Source of the DNA: an uncultured virus (IMG/VR IMGVR_UViG_2853092212_000004) | Taxonomy: Duplodnaviria; Heunggongvirae; Uroviricota; Caudoviricetes | IMG/VR virus record: IMGVR_UViG_2853092212_000004 | Strand: one strand, 5' to 3' | Length of the DNA stretch: 20,000 nucleotides | Shown: positions 1-8,467 of the stretch, piece by piece | Numbering within the stretch: the stretch's first letter is position 1 | How the letters are laid out: every line of letters starts with the position of its first letter | The notes under the pieces: model-generated | Seen by the model: the letters and a program-made list of their open reading frames with translations, nothing else | The model's database searches: none | Told to the model about the DNA's origin: nothing | Made by a program: the position numbers and the translations under genes

Positions 1-553
1 GCAACTGCTTTGTTTTCTTCAATTACCTTAACATTAAAATATTTCTCAGCTTCATTTGCTGGTAACCAAGTCTCTTTATCCATTAAATCTTTTATAGTTT
101 CTATATCAATGCCATCTTTTAGCTTAGTTTTATATACATTTTCAATTCCTATTTGAATAGTGTCTAAATCATCAGCCATTTTTCTCATATCTGTTGAATT
201 TCCCCATACTATGTTGCTTGGTTTATGAATCATCAGGTATGAATTGTTTGGCATTATTATTTCATCAGCTGCCATGCAAATAACACTAGCTATTGATGCT
301 GCCATCCCATCTATATGACATTTTTTCTTTCCAGTTGCTCTATTTAACATATTATATATAGCAAGTCCAGCAAATACAGAACCTCCACCACTATTTATAT
401 AAATATTTAAATCTTTTCCTTGTGCTTCATTAAGTGCTTCAACCACATCTTGTGGGCAAGTATCTGTATCACACCACTTTTCCCACTCATCGCCAACTAT
501 ATCTCCATAAAAATATATATCTGCACTAGTATCTGTTGAATTTTTAACTTTTA
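1..553 (-). pseudogene. ClpP-type (S14) phage prohead protease, main body, separated from its start by an IS630 insertion; runs off the window edge
   Basis: Manual translation: KVKNSTDTSADIYFYGDIVGDEW...LNIYINSGGGSVFAGLAIYNML...IDGMAASIASVICMAADEIIMPNNSYLMIHKP...MDKETWL (Clp protease Ser/His motifs). Lies directly after the portal once the IS is removed. Confidence 0.92.
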
Positions 554-596
554 TATAAATTTTAATAACTAACTGCTAATATCTTACGGGGTAAAC

Positions 597-902
597 CTAC
601 TGTATAAAATAACAAAGCTTTTTTAATTTACCCTTGTCCAAATTTAATACATCTAAATGTGACTTAACTTGTTGAATTAACTGAGAAAAAACTTCAAATA
701 CAGTATTATGAATTACAGCTTGGCGTAAATTTTTCCAAAGGTGCTCAATTGCATTTAACTCAGAACAATATGGTGGAAGGTATAAAAAAGAAATATTTTC
801 TATACCTTTTAAGAAATCATCTATACCTTTAAAATGATGATATCTAGCATTGTCCGCAATCAATATAACCTTTTTATTTTGATAATTTTCAGAGACCGTA
901 TT
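597..902 (-). CDS. IS630 transposase, C-terminal DDE part (separate +1 frame)
   Basis: ILIADNARYH and LYLPPYCSELNAIEHLW are IS630 DDE_3 motifs. The frame is open back to about 902, overlapping the end of the upstream ORF. Confidence 0.9.
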   Translation of the reverse strand, partial: NTVSENYQNKKVILIADNARYHHFKGIDDFLKGIENISFLYLPPYCSELNAIEHLWKNLRQAVIHNTVFEVFSQLIQQVKSHLDVLNLDKGKLKKLCYFIQ

Positions 903-1647
903 TTAAAAAAGACTTAAAATTATCTGAATTTCCTTTATCAGAAATTTGATAGATAAGATCACCGGTCTCAGGGTTAGTAGCACCAAATACAACAGCTCTT
1001 TTTCTTGTGCCACCTGGTAAAGTTTTAACTATAGGCTGAACTCCGACTTTAGTCCAAACGGCAGTCGCAGACGGCTCTGATGTTACAATAGCTTCATCTT
1101 CATAGAGAATTACAGTATTTTCGTCTTTTGATATTATCAAATTCGATAGTTCTTCTCTAAAATTAGTTAAAGTTTCTTTATCAATTTTATTACTTAATCT
1201 TTTAGCTCTAGTTTTTGAGTAGTTAAGTCTAGAAAATATATTATAAGCTGTACCAAGTGAAATTTTTTTATTGAAGTTTAAACTTACCCAATTGACAAGA
1301 AGTTCACCAGTCCAATTATTATAATTGAGCCCGGAATTATAGGGTGATTCTTTTAAAATATTATCAACAATAGCGAGTTCATCGGATGTTAAAATTGTTT
1401 TCTTTGGAGGGTGTTCTAAATCTTTCAAGCCCTCTAATCCAAATTTATTATATCTATGAATAGTCGTTCTAATTGTAGCATCAGATTGTTTTAAAAGAAG
1501 AGAAATTTCAACACTAGATTTACCTTCAAATAAATGCAAGATAGTTAATAATCTAGTTTTAATTTTGGAATTTTTCTCACTTGTATATAACGCTTTTATA
1601 GTTTCATATGATGCATGCTTTGTATTAACAGTTAATCTTTTTCTCAT
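889..1647 (-). CDS. IS630 transposase, N-terminal part (HTH domains and first catalytic Asp, ILYEDE)
   Basis: AGGAGG RBS before ATG at 1647. Motifs: TIHRYNKFGLEGL, WT..L..W winged-HTH, YEDEA. Confidence 0.9.
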   Translation of the reverse strand: MRKRLTVNTKHASYETIKALYTSEKNSKIKTRLLTILHLFEGKSSVEISLLLKQSDATIRTTIHRYNKFGLEGLKDLEHPPKKTILTSDELAIVDNILKESPYNSGLNYNNWTGELLVNWVSLNFNKKISLGTAYNIFSRLNYSKTRAKRLSNKIDKETLTNFREELSNLIISKDENTVILYEDEAIVTSEPSATAVWTKVGVQPIVKTLPGGTRKRAVVFGATNPETGDLIYQISDKGNSDNFKSFLKYGL

Positions 1648-1730
1648 ATGGGCCTCCTGCTTAAATATTTGATATTTTAGTATGTCCATATATGAGAAAT
1701 TTAAATAGCAACCTGTAATTAAAATTTATA

Positions 1731-1751
1731 TAGATAACTTAACCTACTCAC
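1731..1751 (-). pseudogene. First 7 codons of the ClpP-type prohead protease (GTG AGT AGG TTA AGT TAT CTA)
   Basis: GTG overlaps the portal 3' end. Removing 554-1730 plus one TA gives the in-frame MSRLSYL-KVKNSTD. Confidence 0.85.
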
Positions 1752-3006
1752 TATTACCGCCACCTTTGTCGTATTGTTTTCCTAAATCTTTTAAGAAAAT
1801 ACTTGCGCCATTACCTACAATTAACTGATCTGTTCCCTCTATATAAGATAAATTTTCTTTTTTTCTTACTTCAGCTATAGTCATATAAGAATTATTTATG
1901 CCTGCAACATAAGATGCTGTCCTACTAGCTAAATCGCTTCTTAAAATGCTATCAACATTAAACTGCCAGTAATAACCTTCCTTATCTTGCTCATCCTCAG
2001 TAAGTAATTTATAATCCATTTCCTGCTCATAAGTAGTCAAAGTATTTTGCAACGTATCACTATAGAATGCTTTATTCTGTTGCTCTATGTTATTGTAAGT
2101 GCTTTTCTCCATATCATTAAGCTGAAATCCCTTGACTCCAAATGCATTAGCAATATGTCTTGTTGTTAGCCCTTGTAATTGAAAGAACTGACTATTGACT
2201 AGTTTAGTTTCTAATTGTTCAACCTTAAAATCGGTTGGAATAGGTACAACCTTACCAGCATTTTTAGCTCCACCCATATCAGCGAATTTCTTTTTGATTT
2301 TCTGTTGTTTTGCATCATTCAAATCACCAATATATTGAACAATTATCGGGTCCATTAATCCATTTTTATATCTGTCTTTTAAGATCTTATTGGAATATTG
2401 CTCATTTGCTATTACATCAGCAATATATTTTTTAATGCTCGTGCCTTTCAACCCATCCATGCTGAAGTTTTTAAAATGCACTATATTATCACTTGTATAT
2501 AGTAATTCTCCTTTTTTACTATCTGAATATAAATAATAAACTGCATTTTTCTTATCTAATATTCCTGTATTATCTACTATAATTTGAACTCTTGTACTGT
2601 CTAACAAATATAAAGCAGTTATATTCCCCTTAATATCATTTCCCATTACCCAAAATGAATTACCATGCTCTAATCTTTGGAATTCTGTTGCCCACAAAAA
2701 ATCATGTGCGTTAGTAAATGGATTTGGTCTTTTCTTTAAAAGCTTATATAAGTTATGGTCAACTGCCTTATTTGCACCTTTTTCAGTTTCTTGCATTAAC
2801 TTAATTGGTAATTTTGCAATTGCATTGCATCTTATTTGCATACATGCATAATACGATGCACTTGTTAATTTAGAGTTAGAAATTTCTTCTATGCTTGTAT
2901 GAAAAAAGCTTTCTAACTGTTCTAGCGTTGGATTAGTTCCTATTGTTTCAACTTCAGATGTTGATTGATTTTTAAAAGTATTCTTTATTTTACTTATAAC
3001 TCCCAT
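1744..3006 (-). CDS. Phage portal protein, HK97 family
   Basis: AIAKLPIKL, LKKRPNPF, HGNSF, IVHFK, IANAFGV, STYNNIEQQ, MTIAEVRKKENL motifs. AGGAGGTG RBS favours ATG at 3006. Follows TerL. Confidence 0.95.
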   Translation of the reverse strand: MGVISKIKNTFKNQSTSEVETIGTNPTLEQLESFFHTSIEEISNSKLTSASYYACMQIRCNAIAKLPIKLMQETEKGANKAVDHNLYKLLKKRPNPFTNAHDFLWATEFQRLEHGNSFWVMGNDIKGNITALYLLDSTRVQIIVDNTGILDKKNAVYYLYSDSKKGELLYTSDNIVHFKNFSMDGLKGTSIKKYIADVIANEQYSNKILKDRYKNGLMDPIIVQYIGDLNDAKQQKIKKKFADMGGAKNAGKVVPIPTDFKVEQLETKLVNSQFFQLQGLTTRHIANAFGVKGFQLNDMEKSTYNNIEQQNKAFYSDTLQNTLTTYEQEMDYKLLTEDEQDKEGYYWQFNVDSILRSDLASRTASYVAGINNSYMTIAEVRKKENLSYIEGTDQLIVGNGASIFLKDLGKQYDKGGGNSE

Positions 3007-3022
3007 TTGCTTTATCACCTCC

Positions 3023-4765
3023 TTACCATTCATCTTTCTCTAGCCACTCATCTGTATCAGTTATATCTATAAATTCATGATATAGTGCTAATTTAAAGGC
3101 ACATAATAAAGCATCAACTGGGTCAATTCTTTTTGTTGTAGCATCTTTATCAATTTTTATAAGACCATTATTAGTTTTTATTACTGCATTACTCATTGCG
3201 TAATTTAATAATGGATTATTAGTATAGATAACATTTCCACAATAAATCTGCTCTCTAAATCCTTGTGTAGATTCATTCAAGGATTTATGACTTTGGAATA
3301 CTTCTTCAACTACATACCCCTCATTGCTTAAATCAATCATCATTTTACTTGCATTTGCTGGATCAAAACATAATGTTTCTATTCTCCAGTTATTTTTCTT
3401 ACAAGTTTCTAATACATAATCCATAACTTGTTGCTGATCTACTATTTCAGTATTAGTTATAGTTAAATAACCAGACCTTTCCCATGAATCATAAGGAACT
3501 TTATCTACTGCCATCCTTTCCCTTAGTTTTGTTCGATTAGGTATAAAAGAATGACTAAAACAAACGTATTTTACTATTTTCTTACCACTAGAATCTAACT
3601 CATCACTTAAAATAGGTATAATAAAAGCCACCGAAGTTAAATCTATCTTCGCTGACATATCAAATCCAACATATACTACCCTATTTCTTAGATCATAAGG
3701 TATCTCTTTTACTTCGCATTTCTTCCATTTAGCCATATTCATATAGCCATTTTCCTTGGCTTGCACCCATTTATTAAGGCATTTTGTTAGAAATGCAATC
3801 ATCTTTTCAGGAATTTCTTTGGCGATTTTATACTCTCCACGTATTTTTTTAATACCTGCATCATATGTCATTCTAATTGGATTCGCTTTTTTCCAACTTT
3901 CCTCATCCTCAATGTCATCATCTTCATCTATTTCACATATATCAATAAAATATTCTTCATTATCAATATCGACATTCGGATCTAGTATCTTCGAGCAATA
4001 AGTATACTCTTGAGTAAAACATGGGTAAGTTAAATCAACTCCAGCAGTAGTAATAATCATTAATAGACTTTCTTTAGTATTACCGCCTAACCCTAGGTCA
4101 TAAAACTCAGTTGTCTTGTGCTGATGATATTCATCTAATACCAGTAAAGCTGGATTGCTTCCATCCCCTTCCTTACCGTCTTGTTTGTTAAGCGGTTTTA
4201 AGCTGCTAGTAGTTTTTACATGCTGTATACTGTTCTTTGTTATTTTAAATTTGCCTCTTAGTGGAGACCCTTTTAACATATTCTTGCACTCATTGAATAT
4301 AACTTCTGATTGTTCTCTTTTTACTCCAGCACAATAACACTCATAAATTTCCTTATTCTTAGTGGCCCTCGTAGACATTTCATAGAGTGTTACTCCAGCT
4401 TCCATTTGTGACTTAGCATTTTTTCTAGCCACTTCTATAAAAGATTTTGTAAATCTCCTTAAATACGTTTCTTTATGCTCCCATCCATAAATCTGACATA
4501 AGCAAAACTTTTGCCACGTATTTAAAGTTATAAATTGACCTGCTAATACACCTTTGCTATGCTTTAGATATCCAAACCATTTAACAATCTTATTAGCTTC
4601 TTCTTCATTCCAATAATACTCAAATGGTGTACTTAATATATTTAATTCAGAATTTTTTATATCATTTAAAAATCTTAGACATGCCCATTTATGCTTTTGA
4701 CCACTTGGGATTATATTATTTAAACAATCATTAGAATATTTAATTAACTCTTCTTTAATAGTCAC
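3023..4765 (-). CDS. terL: Terminase large subunit
   Basis: Walker A-like VARKNAKS, Walker B LLVLDEYH, IITTAG, nuclease GFDMS..DLTS and RIDPVDAL. 580 aa. Confidence 0.96.
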   Translation of the reverse strand: MTIKEELIKYSNDCLNNIIPSGQKHKWACLRFLNDIKNSELNILSTPFEYYWNEEEANKIVKWFGYLKHSKGVLAGQFITLNTWQKFCLCQIYGWEHKETYLRRFTKSFIEVARKNAKSQMEAGVTLYEMSTRATKNKEIYECYCAGVKREQSEVIFNECKNMLKGSPLRGKFKITKNSIQHVKTTSSLKPLNKQDGKEGDGSNPALLVLDEYHQHKTTEFYDLGLGGNTKESLLMIITTAGVDLTYPCFTQEYTYCSKILDPNVDIDNEEYFIDICEIDEDDDIEDEESWKKANPIRMTYDAGIKKIRGEYKIAKEIPEKMIAFLTKCLNKWVQAKENGYMNMAKWKKCEVKEIPYDLRNRVVYVGFDMSAKIDLTSVAFIIPILSDELDSSGKKIVKYVCFSHSFIPNRTKLRERMAVDKVPYDSWERSGYLTITNTEIVDQQQVMDYVLETCKKNNWRIETLCFDPANASKMMIDLSNEGYVVEEVFQSHKSLNESTQGFREQIYCGNVIYTNNPLLNYAMSNAVIKTNNGLIKIDKDATTKRIDPVDALLCAFKLALYHEFIDITDTDEWLEKDEW

Positions 4766-5247
4766 TAAATATCACCGAACTCGTCTGTAATATCTTCTTG
4801 CTGCTTATTAGTTTTAACTGTAGCAACTTTTAATCTACTATCAATAGTCATCCCACAAAGTGAAGCAAACTTTCTCATTTCTTCTGCATAATTTTTTTGA
4901 ATTTTTATTAATGGATTTTCAACTGTTATAATACCTGACTTTGTCATTTTCTTTGATATTAGGGGCTTATCCTGCAATTCAGCTGTTGCTTTTAAATATA
5001 ACGAATATGAATTACAATATCCACCTAAATTATTCAAATCTAGATTTCCAAGTATATCAATTTTATCAATCTCCTTAACAACTCTTCTAAATTCTTTTTT
5101 TGCAATATCATCGATAAGCCAAGAAGGTGCTTTTTTCAATTGCTCTTTCCCTAATACCAGCATTTCTTCTTGCTGTTCCTTCTGGATTTTTTCCTCATTA
5201 GTTAAATGCTTCTTTTGCATTTCTAATGACTTCCTTCCCCTTGGCAT
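4765..5247 (-). CDS. terS: Terminase small subunit, P27 family
   Basis: APSWL...AKKEFRRV, YCNSYS, ENPLIKIQ, GMTIDSRLK motifs. Directly upstream of terL. Confidence 0.92.
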   Translation of the reverse strand: MPRGRKSLEMQKKHLTNEEKIQKEQQEEMLVLGKEQLKKAPSWLIDDIAKKEFRRVVKEIDKIDILGNLDLNNLGGYCNSYSLYLKATAELQDKPLISKKMTKSGIITVENPLIKIQKNYAEEMRKFASLCGMTIDSRLKVATVKTNKQQEDITDEFGDI

Positions 5248-5289
5248 TTTTTACACCTTCTTTCCTTTTAAATTTTACTTTTTTAATTT

Positions 5290-5372
5290 TTTATTGGGAT
5301 TTTTGCGGAATGAAAGCTGGGGGTGCGGTCTAGAAATTTATCTTAAAAACATTTCGGGCATCCCCCTATGCT
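5290..5372 (-). other. Putative cos (packaging/cohesive end) region; candidate cut core CGCACCCCC at 5319-5327
   Basis: GC-rich island (CTAGACCGCACCCCCAGC) in the HNH-terS intergenic gap, the usual cos position in HK97-like HNH/P27 phages. The exact overhang is inferred. Confidence 0.55.
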
Positions 5373-5373
5373 A

Positions 5374-5796
5374 TTATTCCTCTATATCAAATTCTTTTTT
5401 AAATCTATCTACTAACTCATTTAATTCATTAATAACCTCATTATATTCACCACTCTCCATCCTATTATGGATAACTCTATGATTACTTTCCGTCAGATAT
5501 ATAAGATTATCTAGAGCAAATCTCTTTTCCCATTCTCTTTTAATAGGCACAATATGATGGACTGTTTGACCATACTCTAATTTATTTGAGACATAATAAC
5601 TATAAATATCAATATATTCATATAACTCTTTTGCTTTATCTTTGATCTTATTCCACTGATCACTTGAGTAGAATTTCTTCTCTTTGCTATTAATTTTGTC
5701 TTTATCATATTCTTTATATCTCTTTTGAGAGCAGTTACATTTAGATCCTGTTTGTATTCTCTTACCACACCTACTGCATCTTTTACATATCATCAC
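5374..5796 (-). CDS. HNH endonuclease (terminase-associated, HK97 gp74-like)
   Basis: N-terminal CxxC..CxC; FYSSDQW; VHHIVPI...DNLIYL..SNHRVIH. Located upstream of terS. Confidence 0.9.
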   Translation of the reverse strand: MMICKRCSRCGKRIQTGSKCNCSQKRYKEYDKDKINSKEKKFYSSDQWNKIKDKAKELYEYIDIYSYYVSNKLEYGQTVHHIVPIKREWEKRFALDNLIYLTESNHRVIHNRMESGEYNEVINELNELVDRFKKEFDIEE

Positions 5797-6287
5797 TCAT
5801 TCCATTCTTTCATAAGTTTTTTTCTCTCATCTGCTTCCTCTTTCTTAAGCTCCAATAATGCTTTATCTATTTCGGCTCTTGTAGGGTTATCCTTCCATCG
5901 TCCTTGCTTTCTATTGATTAGCCAGAACTTAATTGCCTGAACATCTGCTGGTATCTCTTTTGTTACTTCAACTGTACCTAAGTTTTCTTTCTGACATTTG
6001 TTGCCTCTATCGTCATAATAAATGTCTTTTAATTTAACTGCTACAGTCTCTTTGACTTCATATCCAGTAGCCTTTTTATATAATGCATTTTCAACTTTGA
6101 AATCAGCCTGATTTTTGCCCCTTTTTAAACTTTCTAAAATGTCTAAATGATCTCTTTTATAGTTCTCTAAGGTCGCTCTACTTATGCCTAAATTATAAGC
6201 GATTTGCGTTTCAGATAATCCCATAGACGCCCATAATTCAACGTCTGCCAGTTTTTCTTTAACTTCATTCCATTTGCTTTTTGCCAT
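5793..6287 (-). CDS. HTH DNA-binding protein, terminase-small-subunit-like
   Basis: HTH GLSETQIAYNLGISRATL; VENALYKKATGY and PADVQAIKFWLINR..W motifs typical of HTH TerS-like phage proteins. AGGAGGTG RBS. Confidence 0.7.
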   Translation of the reverse strand: MAKSKWNEVKEKLADVELWASMGLSETQIAYNLGISRATLENYKRDHLDILESLKRGKNQADFKVENALYKKATGYEVKETVAVKLKDIYYDDRGNKCQKENLGTVEVTKEIPADVQAIKFWLINRKQGRWKDNPTRAEIDKALLELKKEEADERKKLMKEWNE

Positions 6288-6563
6288 GTGAAAACACCTC
6301 CTTTCTATTTAGACAATCATGATTTTAAATGCCTTGATTTTCGGTGTATTTCCCAACTTTTAAAACCTCACCTTTTTTTATATTTTTTATGGTCTACTGC
6401 AAATGTAGTTAAAGCATTGATAATACTAGCCTTATATCTATTTTTCTATTTATCAGTTAATAGGTAATAACATGGAGGATTACTGATATCTTTTTTAAGG
6501 TACATATATTAGTAATAATTTTTTAAAACTATATAAAATAAGTACCAGTTTATTTTTTACGCA

Positions 6564-7214
6564 TTATATATCTTCATCAGCAATTTTAGCTGCATCCTCT
6601 TTCATCTTTTCTTTAATACCTAGGTACCGTTTTGTTTCTTCTATTGATTGATGATTTAATGCAATTCTAACTTTTTCTAAATCTCCACCAGATCTCTCAT
6701 ATATTCTTGTAGCATAAGTTTTTCTAGGACTATGACCACTTATATGTTTTAGTCCAATAACTTTTCCAACCTCAGTAAGTATTAAGCTATATGATTTTTG
6801 TTCTATTGGTTCAATGCCACTTTTAGATTTATTTGAAGGAAAAGCATATTCTGCTCTTTTTTTACCTTTGATATAGTCTCTTAAATATTTCTCTAAATTG
6901 TTGCCAATATATACTTTTCGCTTTTCAGGCTTCTTTCGGTTAGGATATCTATTTAAATTAGCGATCCATTGATTGTATTGTTTTGATTCCTGAATTAAAA
7001 AATATCCATTTTCTAGCGCATCTTTTATTTCTCCTATTGTAAGTTGAACTAAATCTTGCATTCTATAGCCTGTAGCTCTAGCCAATATAAATAATATTAA
7101 ATTTCTTTCAGAATACCTTTTACTATATTCAATTAAAGCTTCCTTAAATCTCTCATACTTATTTTGTGGTATTGGTGCTGCTGTACCTTTTTCCCAATCT
7201 CTTACTCGTTCCAT
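6564..7214 (-). CDS. Short tyrosine recombinase (catalytic-domain-only, Xer/Int family)
   Basis: Catalytic residues TGYRMQDL (R), HSPRKTYA (HxxR), ALNH (H), TKRYLG (Y). At 216 aa it is too short for an arm-binding domain. Confidence 0.92.
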   Translation of the reverse strand: MERVRDWEKGTAAPIPQNKYERFKEALIEYSKRYSERNLILFILARATGYRMQDLVQLTIGEIKDALENGYFLIQESKQYNQWIANLNRYPNRKKPEKRKVYIGNNLEKYLRDYIKGKKRAEYAFPSNKSKSGIEPIEQKSYSLILTEVGKVIGLKHISGHSPRKTYATRIYERSGGDLEKVRIALNHQSIEETKRYLGIKEKMKEDAAKIADEDI

Positions 7215-7215
7215 C

Positions 7216-7404
7216 TTATTTCACCTGCTTTATCGCTCCTTTGTGTCTTGTATATGAACTGTGAGACATTAACTCTCTTATATCACGTTCACTTAATTTC
7301 TCGCTTTTCTTTTTATTATTCATTTCCATAAGCTTTTTATAATTTCCAATATCAGTTTCTCTCAAAACATCTTTTACCCTCATAAACTCCCTCCTAAAAT
7401 CCAA
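7216..7404 (-). CDS. Small basic hypothetical phage protein
   Basis: Tightly packed in the operon. An AGGAGGG RBS suggests the internal ATG (MRVKD) may be the true start. Confidence 0.65.
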   Translation of the reverse strand: MDFRREFMRVKDVLRETDIGNYKKLMEMNNKKKSEKLSERDIRELMSHSSYTRHKGAIKQVK

Positions 7405-7429
7405 TTAAAAAGAGCTGCTATATTATTTT

Positions 7430-7801
7430 CTAATATAACAACTCTTTATTTTCATTAACCAACCTTTTAGGTGTATCCCATGTAACAATTGGAGCAACTT
7501 CTCTGTTAATTACCAAATCTCCATCAGGTTTAGTTTTATATATTGATCTATTCTTTTTTATAAATGTACTATCACCCATGTATTTATTAGCTTCATAATT
7601 CGTAGCCTTTATACTTTCACGTCTTTGAACAACTGCTATATCATGTTTATGTTTCAAATGACTAAAGTTTCTTTGGATGTACTTTCTAACTGCTTCAACT
7701 TTTTTCCCTAACTTCTTAGCGATTTGATTTGCATCATATCCCTTTAAATACAATTCTTTTATTGGATTTTTATCCGCTTTAGCTTCCAAAAGCTCCACCA
7801 C
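7430..7801 (-). CDS. HTH DNA-binding protein (sigma region 4/LuxR-like HTH)
   Basis: LYLKGYDANQIAKKLGKKVEAVRKYIQR HTH. First gene after the putative late promoter. Confidence 0.7.
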   Translation of the reverse strand: MVELLEAKADKNPIKELYLKGYDANQIAKKLGKKVEAVRKYIQRNFSHLKHKHDIAVVQRRESIKATNYEANKYMGDSTFIKKNRSIYKTKPDGDLVINREVAPIVTWDTPKRLVNENKELLY

Positions 7802-7917
7802 CTTAAAAATGAATATAGTTCACCCAAACCATAAGACTGGACATTCCTTACTTTTATAAAAGTAAAATGAGAAATATGAACTTGTATTTTGTGTTTATTA
7901 CTTATTTATGTACATAT

Positions 7918-7985
7918 ATTATCATAAATTTTGGGACATTTGTGGGACATTTTTAAGACATTTTCGGGACACTTTTAGGACATTC
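7918..7985 (-). promoter_or_regulatory. Putative late promoter with five 11-bp-spaced direct repeats (GGACATT), likely late-activator binding sites
   Basis: GGACATT 7934-7940 and 7945-7951, AGACATT 7956-7962, GGACACT 7967-7973, GGACATT 7978-7984. TATGATAAT -10-like box on - at 7918-7926. Lies just downstream of the ArpU/RinA-like gene. Confidence 0.75.
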
Positions 7986-8013
7986 TATAAAAAAATAAGG
8001 ATGCATTTGCACC

Positions 8014-8343
8014 CTATAATACTATCTTTTTAGCAGCTCTATTTAAAATTCTATTTAACTGCCTTTCTGTTCTATCAATTTCATTAGCGGCTTTTTTCTT
8101 ATCTTTACAATCTATTAAAACTAATTTTATAACCTTATATTCTTTTTCAGGCAATAAATTTAACATATTATCAATTCTTTTATTTTCATTTTTTAATCTA
8201 TTAATTTCCTTAGTTAAATTTTCTATTCTTATGTCACTTTCATCTGATCCACTTAGTCTTAAGTTTTCAATTTCAATTTCTAAATTATCAATCTTACATT
8301 TTCTTTCTCTATAGATATTAAATATACTTTTAATTTCTGCCAT
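8014..8343 (-). CDS. Late transcriptional activator, ArpU/RinA-like (coiled coil plus C-terminal sigma-4-like HTH)
   Basis: IDNMLNLLPEKEYKVIKL...KKAANEIDRTERQLNRILNRAAKKI. Position at the end of the early operon, before the repeat array. Confidence 0.75.
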   Translation of the reverse strand: MAEIKSIFNIYRERKCKIDNLEIEIENLRLSGSDESDIRIENLTKEINRLKNENKRIDNMLNLLPEKEYKVIKLVLIDCKDKKKAANEIDRTERQLNRILNRAAKKIVL

Positions 8344-8384
8344 TTTTATCACCTATCCTTTATAAAATATGGTATAATTTAGAT

Positions 8385-8460
8385 AGGTTGATTAGAGAAC
8401 TAACGTTCCAAGGTCTATTCTCTAATTGAGGTAGGTGTTCGTGATGAACACCTTTATTTT
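8385..8460 (+). ncRNA. Candidate ~76-nt antisense small RNA
   Basis: Extended -10 TGGTATAAT 8370-8378; stem ATTAGAGAA/TTCTCTAAT; terminator AGGTGTTC-gtgat-GAACACCT followed by TTATTTT. Confidence 0.5.
8433..8460 (+). terminator. Intrinsic terminator-like hairpin (palindrome copy 1)
   Basis: 8-bp stem AGGTGTTC/GAACACCT plus T-rich tail. Confidence 0.6.
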
Positions 8461-8467
8461 AGTATTA

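Larger units (their letters stand above)
554..1730 (-). mobile_element. IS630-family insertion sequence, 1177 bp
   Basis: Imperfect 25-bp terminal inverted repeats (TATAAATTTTAATAACTAACTGCTA at 554-578; reverse complement of 1706-1730 is TATAAATTTTAATTACAGGTTGCTA). TA duplication at 552-553 and 1731-1732. Contains an IS630-type transposase. Confidence 0.95.

Noticed and set aside
799..833. TCTATACCTTT direct repeat within the IS
   Set aside because: Reflects a repeated KGI(D/E) peptide in the transposase; no independent significance.
3756..5940. Short ORFs 3756-4001, 4155-4337, 5294-5482, 5577-5768 and 5725-5940
   Set aside because: Antisense or alternate-frame shadows of terL, HNH and neighbouring genes, with no recognisable motifs.
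7931..7985. Repeat arrays (here and at 11878-11947) as CRISPR or guide-RNA arrays
   Set aside because: Periods of 11 and 7 bp leave no room for spacers, there are no cas-like genes, and activator sites and a replication origin explain them better.
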